A DNA stretch of 64,000 bases from contig JAQTYI010000004.1 of the NCBI GenBank assembly GCA_028688325.1, forward strand, positions 8,638 through 72,637. The letters run 5' to 3'. The translations under genes and the position numbers were made by a program. Below the pieces are notes generated by a model. The model was not told the DNA's origin and made no database searches. It was given only the letters and a program-made list of their open reading frames with translations. Positions 37,028 to 47,408 of the stretch are shown here, in pieces (position 1 is the stretch's first letter; every line of letters starts with the position of its first letter). Origin of the DNA: Candidatus Portnoybacteria bacterium. GTDB taxonomy: Bacteria > Patescibacteriota > Minisyncoccia > Portnoybacterales > GWB1-42-6.

Positions 37028-38176
37028 ATGTCCAAACAAAATCCCATCGCGAAGAAGGCCATTGCCGTGCACAAAAAATTAAACGGCAAGATATCCGTTG
37101 TCAGCAAGGTGCCGGTAAAAAACGCCAAGGAGCTGGCTATCTATTACACGCCGGGCGTCGGCGCGGTTTCTTCTTATTTGGCGCAAAATAAGGATCAAGT
37201 GCGCAATTTTACGATAAAAAGAAACACTGTAGCCGTGGTCTCTGACGGTTCGGCTGTTTTGGGGCTGGGCAATATCGGGCCGGAGGGAGCGATGCCCGTC
37301 ATGGAAGGCAAATGCCAGCTGTTTAAATCATTCGCCGATGTGGACGCTTTTCCCATAATTTTAGACACGCAAAATACCGACGAGATAGTGGAGACGGTGA
37401 AACACATTGCGCTTATTTTCGGCGGCATAAACCTGGAGGATATCTCCGCGCCCCGCTGTTTTGAGATAGAAAGACGGCTTATCAACGAACTTGATATTCC
37501 GGTTATGCATGATGACCAGCATGGCACGGCCGTGGTGGCTGTGGCGGCGCTGATGAACGCCCTTAAGGTGGTTAAAAAATCTTTGCAAAAAAGCAAAGTG
37601 GTGATAGTCGGAGCCGGCGCGGCCGGAACCGCGGTAACAAAATTACTGCTGGCCGAAGGCGCGGGAGACATTATCATGGTTGATAGCAAAGCTATAATTT
37701 CAAAAGACCGCAAAGATACGAACGGCTTCAAAAAGGAAATGGCCGAAATCACCAACAAAAACAATATTTCCGGCCCGATGGAAGAAGCAATAAAGGGCGC
37801 GGATATTCTGATGGGCCTTTCCGTGGCCGGGCTTTTCAAACCGGAGCACATCAAAAGCATGGCGGAACGCCCCATCGTTTTTGCCATGGCCAATCCCGTG
37901 CCGGAAATTATGCCGGATGTTGCCAAAAAAGCCGGTGCGATGGTGGTGGCCACCGGACGATCGGATTTTCCCAATCAGATAAATAATGTTTTGGGTTTTC
38001 CCGGAATCTTCCGCGGCGCGCTGGACAATAATGTCAAAAAGATAACCCAAGAAATGAAATTGCGCGTGGCCAGGAATCTGGCCGGCTTGATAAAAAAGCC
38101 GACGCCGACTTTAATCATTCCTTCTCCTTTTGACAAGCGAGTCGTCAAAGCCGTGGCCAAAGCCATCAAGGACTAA
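37028..38176 (+). CDS. NAD(P)-dependent malic enzyme (short type)
   Basis: YTPGV, DGSAVLGLGNIG, PVMEGK, INLEDISAPRCF, HDDQHGTA, GAGAAG, ATGRSDFPNQINN. Confidence 0.95.
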   Translation: MSKQNPIAKKAIAVHKKLNGKISVVSKVPVKNAKELAIYYTPGVGAVSSYLAQNKDQVRNFTIKRNTVAVVSDGSAVLGLGNIGPEGAMPVMEGKCQLFKSFADVDAFPIILDTQNTDEIVETVKHIALIFGGINLEDISAPRCFEIERRLINELDIPVMHDDQHGTAVVAVAALMNALKVVKKSLQKSKVVIVGAGAAGTAVTKLLLAEGAGDIIMVDSKAIISKDRKDTNGFKKEMAEITNKNNISGPMEEAIKGADILMGLSVAGLFKPEHIKSMAERPIVFAMANPVPEIMPDVAKKAGAMVVATGRSDFPNQINNVLGFPGIFRGALDNNVKKITQEMKLRVARNLAGLIKKPTPTLIIPSPFDKRVVKAVAKAIKD

Positions 38177-38184
38177 TAAAATCA

Positions 38185-38982
38185 ATGGATTTTTCATATG
38201 CAATCATTTTGGGCGTCGTTGAGGGAATAACGGAGTTTTTGCCGATCTCTTCAACAGGGCACCTGATGCTGACGGCGCGTCTTTTGGATCTGGGCCAAAG
38301 CGAATTCTTGAAAAGTTTTGAGATCATCATCCAGCTGGGCGCGATCTTATCGGTGGTAGCTTTATACTGGCGGGAGCTTTTGGTCAAATGGGAGACAATG
38401 AAGCGCGTAGTCGTTGCTTTTGTTCCAACGGGGATTATCGGCTTGGTGCTGTATAAAATCGTTAAAGCTTATTTGCTGGGCAGTGAAACGGTGGTTTTGT
38501 GGAGTATGTTTTTGGGCGGATTATTTTTATTAGCGTTTGAATATTGGTACGGAAAAAAATCCCCCCTAACCCCCCTTTTACAAAGTGGGGAAAATAATAA
38601 ATTGGAAAATATCTCCTACGGCCAGGCCGCGGCGCTGGGTTTGTTTCAATCAATTGCGATAATTCCCGGCGTTTCGCGCTCGGCCGCCACAATTCTGGGG
38701 GGCTTATTCATGGGAATTTCTCGCAAAACAATCGTTGAATTTTCTTTTTTGCTGGCTGTGCCGACAATGCTGGCGGCCACCCTCCTCGATCTTTTTAAAA
38801 GCGCCGGTCAGTTTTCTTTGTCTCAGTGGGATTTTTTGGCTGTAGGTTTTTTTGTTTCTTTCGTTACGGCTTTGACTTCCATCAAGTTTCTGCTCAATTT
38901 TATCAAGAAGCATTCCTTTATCGCCTTTGGCGCTTATCGCATGGCGATTGCCTTGATTTTTTGGTTTTTTATTGTAAGATGA
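38185..38982 (+). CDS. uppP: Undecaprenyl-diphosphate phosphatase
   Basis: GVVEGITEFLPISSTGH, IQLGAIL, PGVSRSAAT, EFSFLLAVP. Confidence 0.95.
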   Translation: MDFSYAIILGVVEGITEFLPISSTGHLMLTARLLDLGQSEFLKSFEIIIQLGAILSVVALYWRELLVKWETMKRVVVAFVPTGIIGLVLYKIVKAYLLGSETVVLWSMFLGGLFLLAFEYWYGKKSPLTPLLQSGENNKLENISYGQAAALGLFQSIAIIPGVSRSAATILGGLFMGISRKTIVEFSFLLAVPTMLAATLLDLFKSAGQFSLSQWDFLAVGFFVSFVTALTSIKFLLNFIKKHSFIAFGAYRMAIALIFWFFIVR

Positions 38983-39025
38983 AAAGAAGGGAGATGCTAA
39001 TTTAAGATAAGGCAGCCGTCAAAAA

Positions 39026-40642
39026 ATGATAAACAAAATATTAGATTTCATAAAAGCCCGTCTTTATACCGTTTTAATCCTGGCGGCGATTTTTGCGGCA
39101 GCCGGTTTTTGGTATTATTCCAGCGTTTCCAAAAAATCATCTTATGAATTTGTTCGGGTGACGCGCGGCGATGTTTTGCAAATAGTGAGCGTGACCGGCA
39201 AAGTCAAACCGGCCGACAGCGTAGATTTGGCTTTTGAAAAAAGCGGGAAGGTGGCGTCAATCGCCGTGAGAGTGGGAGACAAAGTGGCAGCCGGACAGCG
39301 TCTGGCGACTTTGAGCAATTCCGATCTGGTCGCGCAACTGGCCCAAGCGCAGGCGTCCCTGGAGAAGGAAATTGTTAAACTGGCGGAATTAAAATCCGGC
39401 ACCAGGCCGGAAGAGCTGCAGATCGCCCAAACCACAGTAGCCAACGCCACTAAAACCTTGGCTGATGTCAAAAACAAAGCGGAGGTGGACCTGAACAACT
39501 ATTATGACGATGTCAAGGACATTTTGAGCGATGCATATGTAAAAGCCGATGATGCGGTGAACAAACAAACCGACGAGCTGTTCATCAACGATAACTCCAG
39601 CAATCCGAAATTGTCGTTTTATTCCAGCGAAGAAGCCACCTCAAACGCCGTATGGAAACGGCGCCAGGCCGGAACAGAGCTGGAGCAATTCAAGCAGGAG
39701 CTGGACGCCCTGGGGAGCGACCGCGCTGTCCTGGATTTGGCTTTGATCAAAAGCAAAGCGCATTTGGATAAAATTATGGATTTTCTAAACAGCGCCGCCA
39801 CGGCGGTCAACGAATCATCGGGGCTCACGGCAACCAATCTGACCAACTACAAATATTATGTGAACACCGGCCGCACGAATGTGAACACGGCGCTAACCGC
39901 CATTAGCACTCAAGGCCAATATATCGCGACGCAAAAAGCCGCCAACCAAAGCGATATCTCCGCCGCGCAAAATACGCTGGCCGCGGCCCAAGACCAATTG
40001 GCCTTGAAACAAGCCGGTTCAACAGCCGATGAAATTGCCGCTCAGGAAGCACAAATAAAATACGCCCGGGCCAATATGCAAAATTATGAAGCCGCTTTGT
40101 CAAAAACCGTCATTTTTTCTCCGCTTAACGGCATTGTCACGAAGCAAGAAATTGAGATAGGAGAAATTGTGGCGGCCAATGCTACGGTGATTTCGGTGTT
40201 GAGCGCGACTAAATTCGAGATTGAAGCCAATGTTTCGGAAAACGAAATAGCCAAAATCGTTTTAGGCGATACGGCGGCTATGACCCTGGACGCGCTGGGC
40301 CCGGCGGAAAAATTTACCGGCACCATCAGCGCCATTGATCCGGCTGAAACCGTGGTGTCGGGCGTCATTTATTATAAAGTCACATCGGTTTTTGACGCAG
40401 ATGACGCCAGAATAAAATCCGGCATGACGGTAAATATGGATATTCGGACGGATAAAAAGGAAAATGTTTTGACTTTGCCATACTACGCGGTTATGAGCCG
40501 GAACAGCGAAAAATTCGTTCAGGTTTTGACCGACGGCCGGTCTTCCGAAAAAACCGTGCAAACCGGGCTGGAAGGGGAAACAATGATTGAAATTACCGGC
40601 GGCTTGCAAGAAGGGGAAAACATCATCGTTTCAAAACAATAA
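39026..40642 (+). CDS. MacA-like efflux adaptor with a long coiled coil
   Basis: N-terminal TM, lipoyl halves (SGKVASIAVRVGDKV, SPLNGIVT), IKSGMT. Confidence 0.88.
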   Translation: MINKILDFIKARLYTVLILAAIFAAAGFWYYSSVSKKSSYEFVRVTRGDVLQIVSVTGKVKPADSVDLAFEKSGKVASIAVRVGDKVAAGQRLATLSNSDLVAQLAQAQASLEKEIVKLAELKSGTRPEELQIAQTTVANATKTLADVKNKAEVDLNNYYDDVKDILSDAYVKADDAVNKQTDELFINDNSSNPKLSFYSSEEATSNAVWKRRQAGTELEQFKQELDALGSDRAVLDLALIKSKAHLDKIMDFLNSAATAVNESSGLTATNLTNYKYYVNTGRTNVNTALTAISTQGQYIATQKAANQSDISAAQNTLAAAQDQLALKQAGSTADEIAAQEAQIKYARANMQNYEAALSKTVIFSPLNGIVTKQEIEIGEIVAANATVISVLSATKFEIEANVSENEIAKIVLGDTAAMTLDALGPAEKFTGTISAIDPAETVVSGVIYYKVTSVFDADDARIKSGMTVNMDIRTDKKENVLTLPYYAVMSRNSEKFVQVLTDGRSSEKTVQTGLEGETMIEITGGLQEGENIIVSKQ

Positions 40643-40653
40643 TTCTTTCCGGT

Positions 40654-41370
40654 ATGCTCATCAAACTGGAAAACATAGCCAAAGATTACACCGACGAAGG
40701 CGTGCGCACGACCGCCTTGCGCGGCATAACGCTAACGGTTGAAGAAAGTGAATTTGTCGCCATTATGGGAGCTTCGGGGTCCGGCAAATCAACGCTGATG
40801 CACATTATCGGCTTTTTGGATAAAAAAACATCCGGCCGATATTTTTTTGACGGAGAAAACGAAAATGATTTTGACGACGCCAAGCTCGCCCAAATACGCA
40901 ATCAAAAAATCGGCTTCGTGTTCCAGGCCTACAATCTTTTGACCAGAACTTCGGTGTTGGACAATGTTTTGTTGCCAACCATCTATACGCCCCATTTAGA
41001 CGCCAAAGCCGCAGACAAAAAAGCGCGCCAGATTCTGGAAAAATTGCGCCTGTCCCATCGCGTTGACCATCAGCCCAACCAGCTTTCCGGCGGCGAGCAG
41101 CAGCGAGCCGCCATTGCGCGGGCGCTGATAAACGACCCTCGCCTGATTCTGGCGGACGAACCTACCGGCAACCTGGACAGCCGCTCCGGCCAGGAAGTGA
41201 TGGAAACGCTGCAGGACTTGAACGAAGAGGGCCATACTATCGTTATGGTCACGCATGAAAAATATGTGGCTGAGTGCGCTCGCCGCATCATCACTTTAAA
41301 AGACGGGGAAATGATTTCCGATCAAAAAGTGCTGGTTCGCCATGTCGCCAAAGACGGGCTCATAAAATAA
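40654..41370 (+). CDS. ABC transporter ATP-binding protein (MacB/LolD type)
   Basis: [31 protein letters not shown]. Confidence 0.95.
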   Translation: MLIKLENIAKDYTDEGVRTTALRGITLTVEESEFVAIMGASGSGKSTLMHIIGFLDKKTSGRYFFDGENENDFDDAKLAQIRNQKIGFVFQAYNLLTRTSVLDNVLLPTIYTPHLDAKAADKKARQILEKLRLSHRVDHQPNQLSGGEQQRAAIARALINDPRLILADEPTGNLDSRSGQEVMETLQDLNEEGHTIVMVTHEKYVAECARRIITLKDGEMISDQKVLVRHVAKDGLIK

Positions 41371-41373
41371 TTT

Positions 41374-42606
41374 ATGCGTTTTTTTCAGATTATAAAAAAT
41401 ACTAAAAATAACCTGTCGCTGAACAAAACCCGGACATTTTTGACGATGCTGGGCATTATTATCGGCGTAGCGGCGGTTATTGCCATTGTTTCGGTGGGCG
41501 CCGGCGCCCAAGAATTATTGTTGGCGCAAGTTAAGGCCATGGGGTCCAATCTTATAGGCATTTTGCCGGGGGCGTCGGACGATAAGGGTCCGCCAGCGGC
41601 TGTTTTCGGGATAGAAGTGACCACTTTAAAATACGACGATGCTTTGGAAATCAGAAAGTTGCCCGATATCGTGGCAATTTGCGCCTATGTCACCGGCCGG
41701 GGAACGGTCGGTTATTTTAATCAAAACAAAGAGCTGAATTACACCGGCGTGCTGCCGGAATATCTGACCGTGGAAGACACGGCCGTCGCCAAAGGCCGCT
41801 TTATCAAACAAGAAGACAACGACAACATGGCGCGAAACGCGGTGTTGGGCAGCAAAGCGGCCAGCGATATTTTTGGCCAAGAAAACCCACTGGAAAAACA
41901 AATTAAAATAAATCAGATAACCTTCAAGGTTGTGGGAGTAATGACCGAACGCGGGGCCTCGGGGCTGCAAAATCAAGACGAACAAGTTTTTATTCCTCTA
42001 AAAATCGCTCAAAAAATAATGCTGGGGATAGACCATGTCGCTTTTATCCGCGCCAAGGTGGACAAGGAAGCAAATATAGAACCGTCTATCGGCCGAGTGA
42101 AAGATCTTCTTCGCTTCCGCCACCGCATCAAAGATGCAAGTAAAGATGATTTTTCCGTCCGCTCGACCGCCCAGGCCTTGGATATTTTGGGCTCCATCAC
42201 CCAAGCGTTAAAAATGTTTCTGGCGGCAGTGGCGGCAATCTCTCTCGTCGTAGGCGGCATAGGCATTATGAATATAATGTTTGTGACCGTTTCGGAGCGC
42301 ACAGGGGAAATCGGCTTGCGCAAGGCCGTCGGCGCCAAAAGAAAAGATATCCTTTTGCAATTTCTGGTTGAAAGCGCGGTGATGACTTCTTTCGGCGGGC
42401 TGATCGGCGTGGCGCTGGGGTTGCTGATCTCAGCGGCTATCGCTTTGGGAGTGAATTATTTCGGCTACGACTGGAAGCTGATAGTTGCCCCGCTTTCCAT
42501 TTTTTGGGCGGTTTTTATGGCGGCCGGAGTGGGCTTGGTTTTCGGCCTTTGGCCGGCCAACCGCGCTTCCTTGATGAGCCCTATGGAAGCGCTGCGGAAA
42601 CAATAA
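41374..42606 (+). CDS. MacB-like ABC permease 1
   Basis: RTFLTMLGIIIGVAAV, SLVVGGIGIMNIM..V.ERT.EIGLRKAVGA. Confidence 0.93.
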   Translation: MRFFQIIKNTKNNLSLNKTRTFLTMLGIIIGVAAVIAIVSVGAGAQELLLAQVKAMGSNLIGILPGASDDKGPPAAVFGIEVTTLKYDDALEIRKLPDIVAICAYVTGRGTVGYFNQNKELNYTGVLPEYLTVEDTAVAKGRFIKQEDNDNMARNAVLGSKAASDIFGQENPLEKQIKINQITFKVVGVMTERGASGLQNQDEQVFIPLKIAQKIMLGIDHVAFIRAKVDKEANIEPSIGRVKDLLRFRHRIKDASKDDFSVRSTAQALDILGSITQALKMFLAAVAAISLVVGGIGIMNIMFVTVSERTGEIGLRKAVGAKRKDILLQFLVESAVMTSFGGLIGVALGLLISAAIALGVNYFGYDWKLIVAPLSIFWAVFMAAGVGLVFGLWPANRASLMSPMEALRKQ

Positions 42607-42651
42607 AAATTCTCCCTCTTAATATCTTAATATAAGAGGGAGAGAAAAGGT

Positions 42652-43917
42652 ATGAAATTTTTAACCATCGCCAAGCAATCAATTATCGCTTTGAGAGCCA
42701 ATAAACTGCGCTCGTTTTTTTCCATTCTGGGAATTGTTATCGGCGTGGCGGCGGTGGTGATAATTTTGTCCATGGGACAGGGGTTAAAGGGGCTGGTGAC
42801 CAACGAAATGAACGCTTTTGGGCCAAATCTTTTGGATGTGGCCGTAAAAATTCCGGGGGTCAGCCAAACTCAATCGGTCGCGTCCATGGTGCAGGGAATA
42901 AAAATCACGACTCTCAAAACCAAGGATATCAAAGACCTTAAAGACCCGAAGGCGTTTCCTTATATCGCGGCGGTTAATGGCCAGGCCATAGGTCAGGACT
43001 GGGTGGTCTACGGGAATAAAGAAAGAAGGGTTCTGGTCTATGGCTGCAGCCCGGATTATCCGAAGATTGTTAAAACCGCCAAATTGGCTTCCGGCCGGTT
43101 TTTTAACGATGAAGAAAACGACAGCTTGGCCAAGGTCGTCGTGTTGGGCAGTAATTTGGCAAACAAACTTTTTGACCAAGAAAATCCGCTGGGAAAAAAT
43201 GTCCGGCTGAAAGGAATAAATTTTAAAGTAGTCGGTGTTTTAAAGCCCCAGGGCGGCATGATGAGCTCGGCCGTAATGGATATGAACGAGTTCGTTTATG
43301 TGCCCCTGGAAGCCACCCTGAAAGAGCTTTTGGGCATTGATTATTTGATGGAGATGCACATAGATGTAAATGATGAAAAATATATCGGCCGCGCTTTGTC
43401 CGATGTCAGCCGTTTATTGCGGCGCAATCATAACATCACCGATCCGGATAAGGACGATTTTGAAATATTCACCATGGCGGAGATTTTAAAACGCGTTGAC
43501 CAGGTGAGCGCTATTTTGAATTTATTGCTGGGCTTTTTGGCGGCGATTTCCTTGCTGGTGGGCGGCATAGGCATTATGAACATTATGCTTGTTTCGGTGA
43601 GCGAGCGCACGCGCGAGATCGGCTTGCGAAAATCATTAGGCGCGACCGCCAACAATATTCTTTGGCAATTTTTAATAGAAAGCGTGGTTATCACGGGCAC
43701 GGGAGGAATTGTCGGCATAATTTTCGGCATTGCCGTTTCCACGCTCGTCGGCCTTGTTGTGCGCACACAGGGTCTGCCTGATTGGCCGCTGACCGTTTCT
43801 TGGCTGGCGGTCTTTGGCGCGTTTTTCCTGTCCGCCGTTATCGGGCTGGCATTTGGCGTTTATCCGGCTAAAAAGGCCGCTCAAAAATCTCCCATGGAAG
43901 CGCTGAGATACGAATAA
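42652..43917 (+). CDS. MacB-like ABC permease 2
   Basis: RSFFSILGIVIGVAAV, SLLVGGIGIMNIMLVSVSERTREIG, PMEALRYE. Confidence 0.93.
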   Translation: MKFLTIAKQSIIALRANKLRSFFSILGIVIGVAAVVIILSMGQGLKGLVTNEMNAFGPNLLDVAVKIPGVSQTQSVASMVQGIKITTLKTKDIKDLKDPKAFPYIAAVNGQAIGQDWVVYGNKERRVLVYGCSPDYPKIVKTAKLASGRFFNDEENDSLAKVVVLGSNLANKLFDQENPLGKNVRLKGINFKVVGVLKPQGGMMSSAVMDMNEFVYVPLEATLKELLGIDYLMEMHIDVNDEKYIGRALSDVSRLLRRNHNITDPDKDDFEIFTMAEILKRVDQVSAILNLLLGFLAAISLLVGGIGIMNIMLVSVSERTREIGLRKSLGATANNILWQFLIESVVITGTGGIVGIIFGIAVSTLVGLVVRTQGLPDWPLTVSWLAVFGAFFLSAVIGLAFGVYPAKKAAQKSPMEALRYE

Positions 43918-44026
43918 TTTTATCCCCCGCGCACTTCTTGACGGCGTTAACCTAAAGCAACATAATAAAGATAAAGGAGCGATTCTTTCCAAACGCGCCA
44001 AGCTTAAATATAAATATCGTAAAATT

Positions 44027-44671
44027 ATGAAAAAAATGAAAATCAGCGTATTGTCAATGGCCTTTTTAGCGGTTGTTTTTACCCTTTCTTTTTCTCCGGT
44101 TTTTGCCAAATCGGAAAATGCCGGCGGAAAGGTATTGTCGGCCAATGAAAGAGTCGGGGCCAACGCTTCTTCAACACCGGATCTGGAAAATGATAATAAC
44201 GGCCAAGAAAACGAAGATAGCAAAACAGACGCGGAGGATAAAGACGAGCTCACCTCCGAGACCCATCGTAGCGCCGTGGCCGATTTTGTGCAAACTCTTT
44301 TAAAGGCCGCCGACAGAGAAAAGGGGATAGGCGAAAAAGTGAGAGAGATTGCCAGGCAGCAGGAGGGGGATGAAGCGACGACAACCGACGCCATTAAAAA
44401 AGTTGCGAACAGAAGCAAGATAAAAACATTTCTGATTGGATCCGACTATAAGAATCTCGGCGCGTTAAGAAGCGAGATAGTTAAAACCCGCAACAGGATA
44501 AAACAATTAGAGAGCGTGCTGGGCAAGGCAAAAAACATCGCCAACGCGGAGGAGATAAAAAGCCAAATCGAGACGCTGAACCAAGAGCAGACGAAAATCG
44601 AAGCTTTCATCAAAACTCAGGAAGGTAAATTTAGTTTATTCGGCTGGCTGGTAAGAATTTTCAACAAATAA
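44027..44671 (+). CDS. Exported coiled-coil hypothetical protein
   Basis: Signal peptide; HRSAVA.FVQ.LL..ADR..GIGE.VR.IA; FLIGSDYKNLG; FSLFGWL terminus. Confidence 0.8.
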   Translation: MKKMKISVLSMAFLAVVFTLSFSPVFAKSENAGGKVLSANERVGANASSTPDLENDNNGQENEDSKTDAEDKDELTSETHRSAVADFVQTLLKAADREKGIGEKVREIARQQEGDEATTTDAIKKVANRSKIKTFLIGSDYKNLGALRSEIVKTRNRIKQLESVLGKAKNIANAEEIKSQIETLNQEQTKIEAFIKTQEGKFSLFGWLVRIFNK

Positions 44672-44747
44672 AAATCAAAATGCCAATTAAAAAACGCCCC
44701 GCTCATCGGGTGTTTTTTAATTTATCGACTCGCTTCTCTTTGCCAAT

Positions 44748-44776
44748 TTGACACGACTTTACTTTGCTGGTATAAT
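44748..44776 (+). promoter_or_regulatory. Consensus sigma70 promoter, near-leaderless
   Basis: TTGACA-17 bp-TATAAT; ATG 7 nt downstream at 44784. Confidence 0.75.
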
Positions 44777-44783
44777 TGTATAT

Positions 44784-45857
44784 ATGGTAAAAATCGCTCA
44801 AATAAAGCAAAAAATCGTTGAATATTCGGCCAAAACCAAGATAATTTTCTTGGAGGTTTTCGTGCCGCAAAAAGGGAATAATTTTTTGCCCAAGGCGCTC
44901 AAATCAAAATATCTATTTTTATACAGCGCGTCTCTTTTAGCCGTTAAAATCGCGCTGATATCTTTGGTGCTGATATTGCCTGCAACCGATTTTTTTTCCA
45001 GCATCACGGCCAGCCGTTTGGTGTCTTTGATAAACCAAGAACGCCAAAGCAGGAACCTGCCGGCGCTGGCTTTAAATGACAGCTTAAATTCCGCGGCGGG
45101 CCTGAAGGTCAACGATATGGCAACGCAGGGTTATTTTGAGCACACCAGCCCCGCGGGCATCACGCCCTGGTTTTGGTTCAAGCAGATAGGGTATAATTAT
45201 GTTTTTGCCGGTGAAAATCTGGCCATGGGCTTTACCGAAACCGATGAGGTTTTTGCCGCCTGGATGAATTCGCCTACTCATCGCGCCAATATTTTAAATC
45301 CTAATTTTCGGGAGATGGGTTTGGCCGTGGGAACGGGCAATATCCAGAACCGGCAGGAAACATTGGCGGTGCTGGAATTTGGCAAGCAGGCGGCCCAGCA
45401 GCCGGCAAAAACACGGATTGCGCAACCTGTTCCGGCAAAAAATACGCCTGCGCCATCTGCTCCAAAATCCTCTCCGGCCGCTTCCCCAAAGCCGGCAATT
45501 TCTTCGCCGTCCGTTTCTGTTGCGCCCGCCGCTTCGCCGGCGACTGTTGCGGCGGTTGAAAAAACTTCGACCGAGCAGATTGATCTTAAAACTATCTTGG
45601 GCGCGGAGCCGCAAGCTCCCAAAGGCATCGCCAGGGCTGTCAGCCCGTCGGTTAACGCGGCCTACGCTCCGCGGGTTCTTGGCGCGTTCGTTTCCCGCTC
45701 CGACGAGATATTCAAAAGTTTATATCTGTATTTCACTTTGTTTTTAGCCATTGCTTTGTTGGTCAATATTTTCGTGAAAATGGAGATACAATATTGGACA
45801 ACCATCGGCGCCACGACATTTGTTATTTTGCTATCCGCGGTTTTGATATTTATATAA
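44784..45857 (+). CDS. CAP/SCP-domain membrane protein with a Pro/Ala/Ser linker and two C-terminal TMs
   Basis: N.ER, YFEHTSP.G, AGENLA, WMNSPTHRANIL. Confidence 0.9.
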   Translation: MVKIAQIKQKIVEYSAKTKIIFLEVFVPQKGNNFLPKALKSKYLFLYSASLLAVKIALISLVLILPATDFFSSITASRLVSLINQERQSRNLPALALNDSLNSAAGLKVNDMATQGYFEHTSPAGITPWFWFKQIGYNYVFAGENLAMGFTETDEVFAAWMNSPTHRANILNPNFREMGLAVGTGNIQNRQETLAVLEFGKQAAQQPAKTRIAQPVPAKNTPAPSAPKSSPAASPKPAISSPSVSVAPAASPATVAAVEKTSTEQIDLKTILGAEPQAPKGIARAVSPSVNAAYAPRVLGAFVSRSDEIFKSLYLYFTLFLAIALLVNIFVKMEIQYWTTIGATTFVILLSAVLIFI

Positions 45858-45896
45858 ATATTATTAGGATAAGCTCAGAGAAAAATCCGCATTTAT

Positions 45897-46002
45897 AATG
45901 TCAAATGACCAATGTCTAATGACAAATCCATGACAAAGTTCCAAATCCAAATTTTTGACATTTGATATTGGGATTTTATTTGTCATTGGAAATTTGTCAT
46001 TT
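45897..46002. repeat. Empty inverted heptamer-repeat shell
   Basis: (aatgac/tc)n facing (tgtcatt/tgacatt)n; related copy in opposite orientation at 62842-62948. Confidence 0.75.
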
Positions 46003-46044
46003 TAAGCAGCTTCTTTTATCCGCATCTTTAGAATAACAACAAAA

Positions 46045-47163
46045 ATGGCTAATCAACCACTAAAAAATTTATTGGGCTGCCTTCCAAGGGCCGCCTTCCG
46101 CAATCTGCTCATCGGCGCGGCGGCTTTAATATTGGGCATATTACTGGGCGGGCCCAAGATTTATATCTCGCTGGCTTCGGCGATAATCGTCTTCTGCTTG
46201 ATGCTCATCCCTTATATCGCCATCACCTGGTGGAGCGTCTGGGCTCTGGCAAAAGACAAGGCCAAAGGAACATTGGTAACCGACGGGCCCTACGCTTATT
46301 CGCGCAACCCGATGTACGCGGCGATAATTTTTTTACTGAATCCCTCTCTGGGAATACTGTTCCGCTCCTGGATTTTACTGCTGGCCTGCGCGCCGATATA
46401 TTTTTCCTGGCGCAGCTATGTGCGCGGCGAGGAAAGGGGCGCGCTGGCGGCCAAGTTCGGCGCGGCTCATAATGAATATATGAAAAATACGGCGCGCTTT
46501 TTCCCGAACCTGCGCAAGATAAGTCCGGTATTATTTTACAGCGCAACGGGCTTTTTAATATTTTTGATAAGTTTTATTTTTTTGAATTTCAGCGCGCTTT
46601 ATTTGCGCTGGGTGGTTTTTGAAACAAAGGGCGAGATAGTTTATGATACGCCTTCTCCGCAAGCATCAGCTCCGAGCCAAAGCTTCCCGGAAAGTCCCGG
46701 ACAAATTTTTCCGCCTTCCGCCAATCAAGCCGATTATAACGCCGCGGACAATTCGATTTTTATAGAGAAGTTGGGCATCCGCGCTCCTTTGATACAGGTC
46801 TCCGGCACGACTCAGAAAGAACTTAACGACGGCCTGAACCAAGGCGTAATCCTGTATCCGGGCAGCGCTCTGCCGGAGCAAAGCGGCGAAGTAGTGCTTT
46901 CGGGCCACAGTTCGGTGTTTCCCTGGGTTAAGACCCGATACGGCCAAGTTTTTACTTTACTGGACAACCTGAAAGCGGGGGATATCGTTTCTTTGGTGTA
47001 TAACCACCGGCAATACGATTATAAAATAACGGACCAAGAAATTTTAACTCCCGATAAAGTAAAAATTTCCGATACGAACCGGCAAACTCTGAAATTGGTA
47101 ACCTGCTGGCCCATCGGCGCGGCCTTGAAGCGCCTCGTGGTTTATGGCGAGTTGATAAAATAG
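46045..47163 (+). CDS. Fusion of an ICMT/PEMT-like membrane methyltransferase domain and a sortase
   Basis: LVTDGPYAYSRNPMY...EE..L...FG..Y......RF.P, then a TM, then VLSGHSS, LVTCWP, R (sortase His-Cys-Arg). Confidence 0.82.
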   Translation: MANQPLKNLLGCLPRAAFRNLLIGAAALILGILLGGPKIYISLASAIIVFCLMLIPYIAITWWSVWALAKDKAKGTLVTDGPYAYSRNPMYAAIIFLLNPSLGILFRSWILLLACAPIYFSWRSYVRGEERGALAAKFGAAHNEYMKNTARFFPNLRKISPVLFYSATGFLIFLISFIFLNFSALYLRWVVFETKGEIVYDTPSPQASAPSQSFPESPGQIFPPSANQADYNAADNSIFIEKLGIRAPLIQVSGTTQKELNDGLNQGVILYPGSALPEQSGEVVLSGHSSVFPWVKTRYGQVFTLLDNLKAGDIVSLVYNHRQYDYKITDQEILTPDKVKISDTNRQTLKLVTCWPIGAALKRLVVYGELIK

Positions 47164-47408
47164 GCCGCAAATCCAGACGAGATGCCGGTTGTCTTCGGCG
47201 CCGCTTTCAATAAAACTGAAAATCTTCCGGCGGGACGCCTCCTTGTTTTTTATGAATCAACGGGAAAATTATGATTTAAAACGAGAATATTCATAATCGG
47301 GCTAAGGTCTTGACAAGATTAAGGCAAATCCATTATAATACAAAATCCTCTCAAGGATGGTCAGCTGTTCTTTTATATCAAAATATACAGAAAGAAAGGG
47401 GGCGCACT

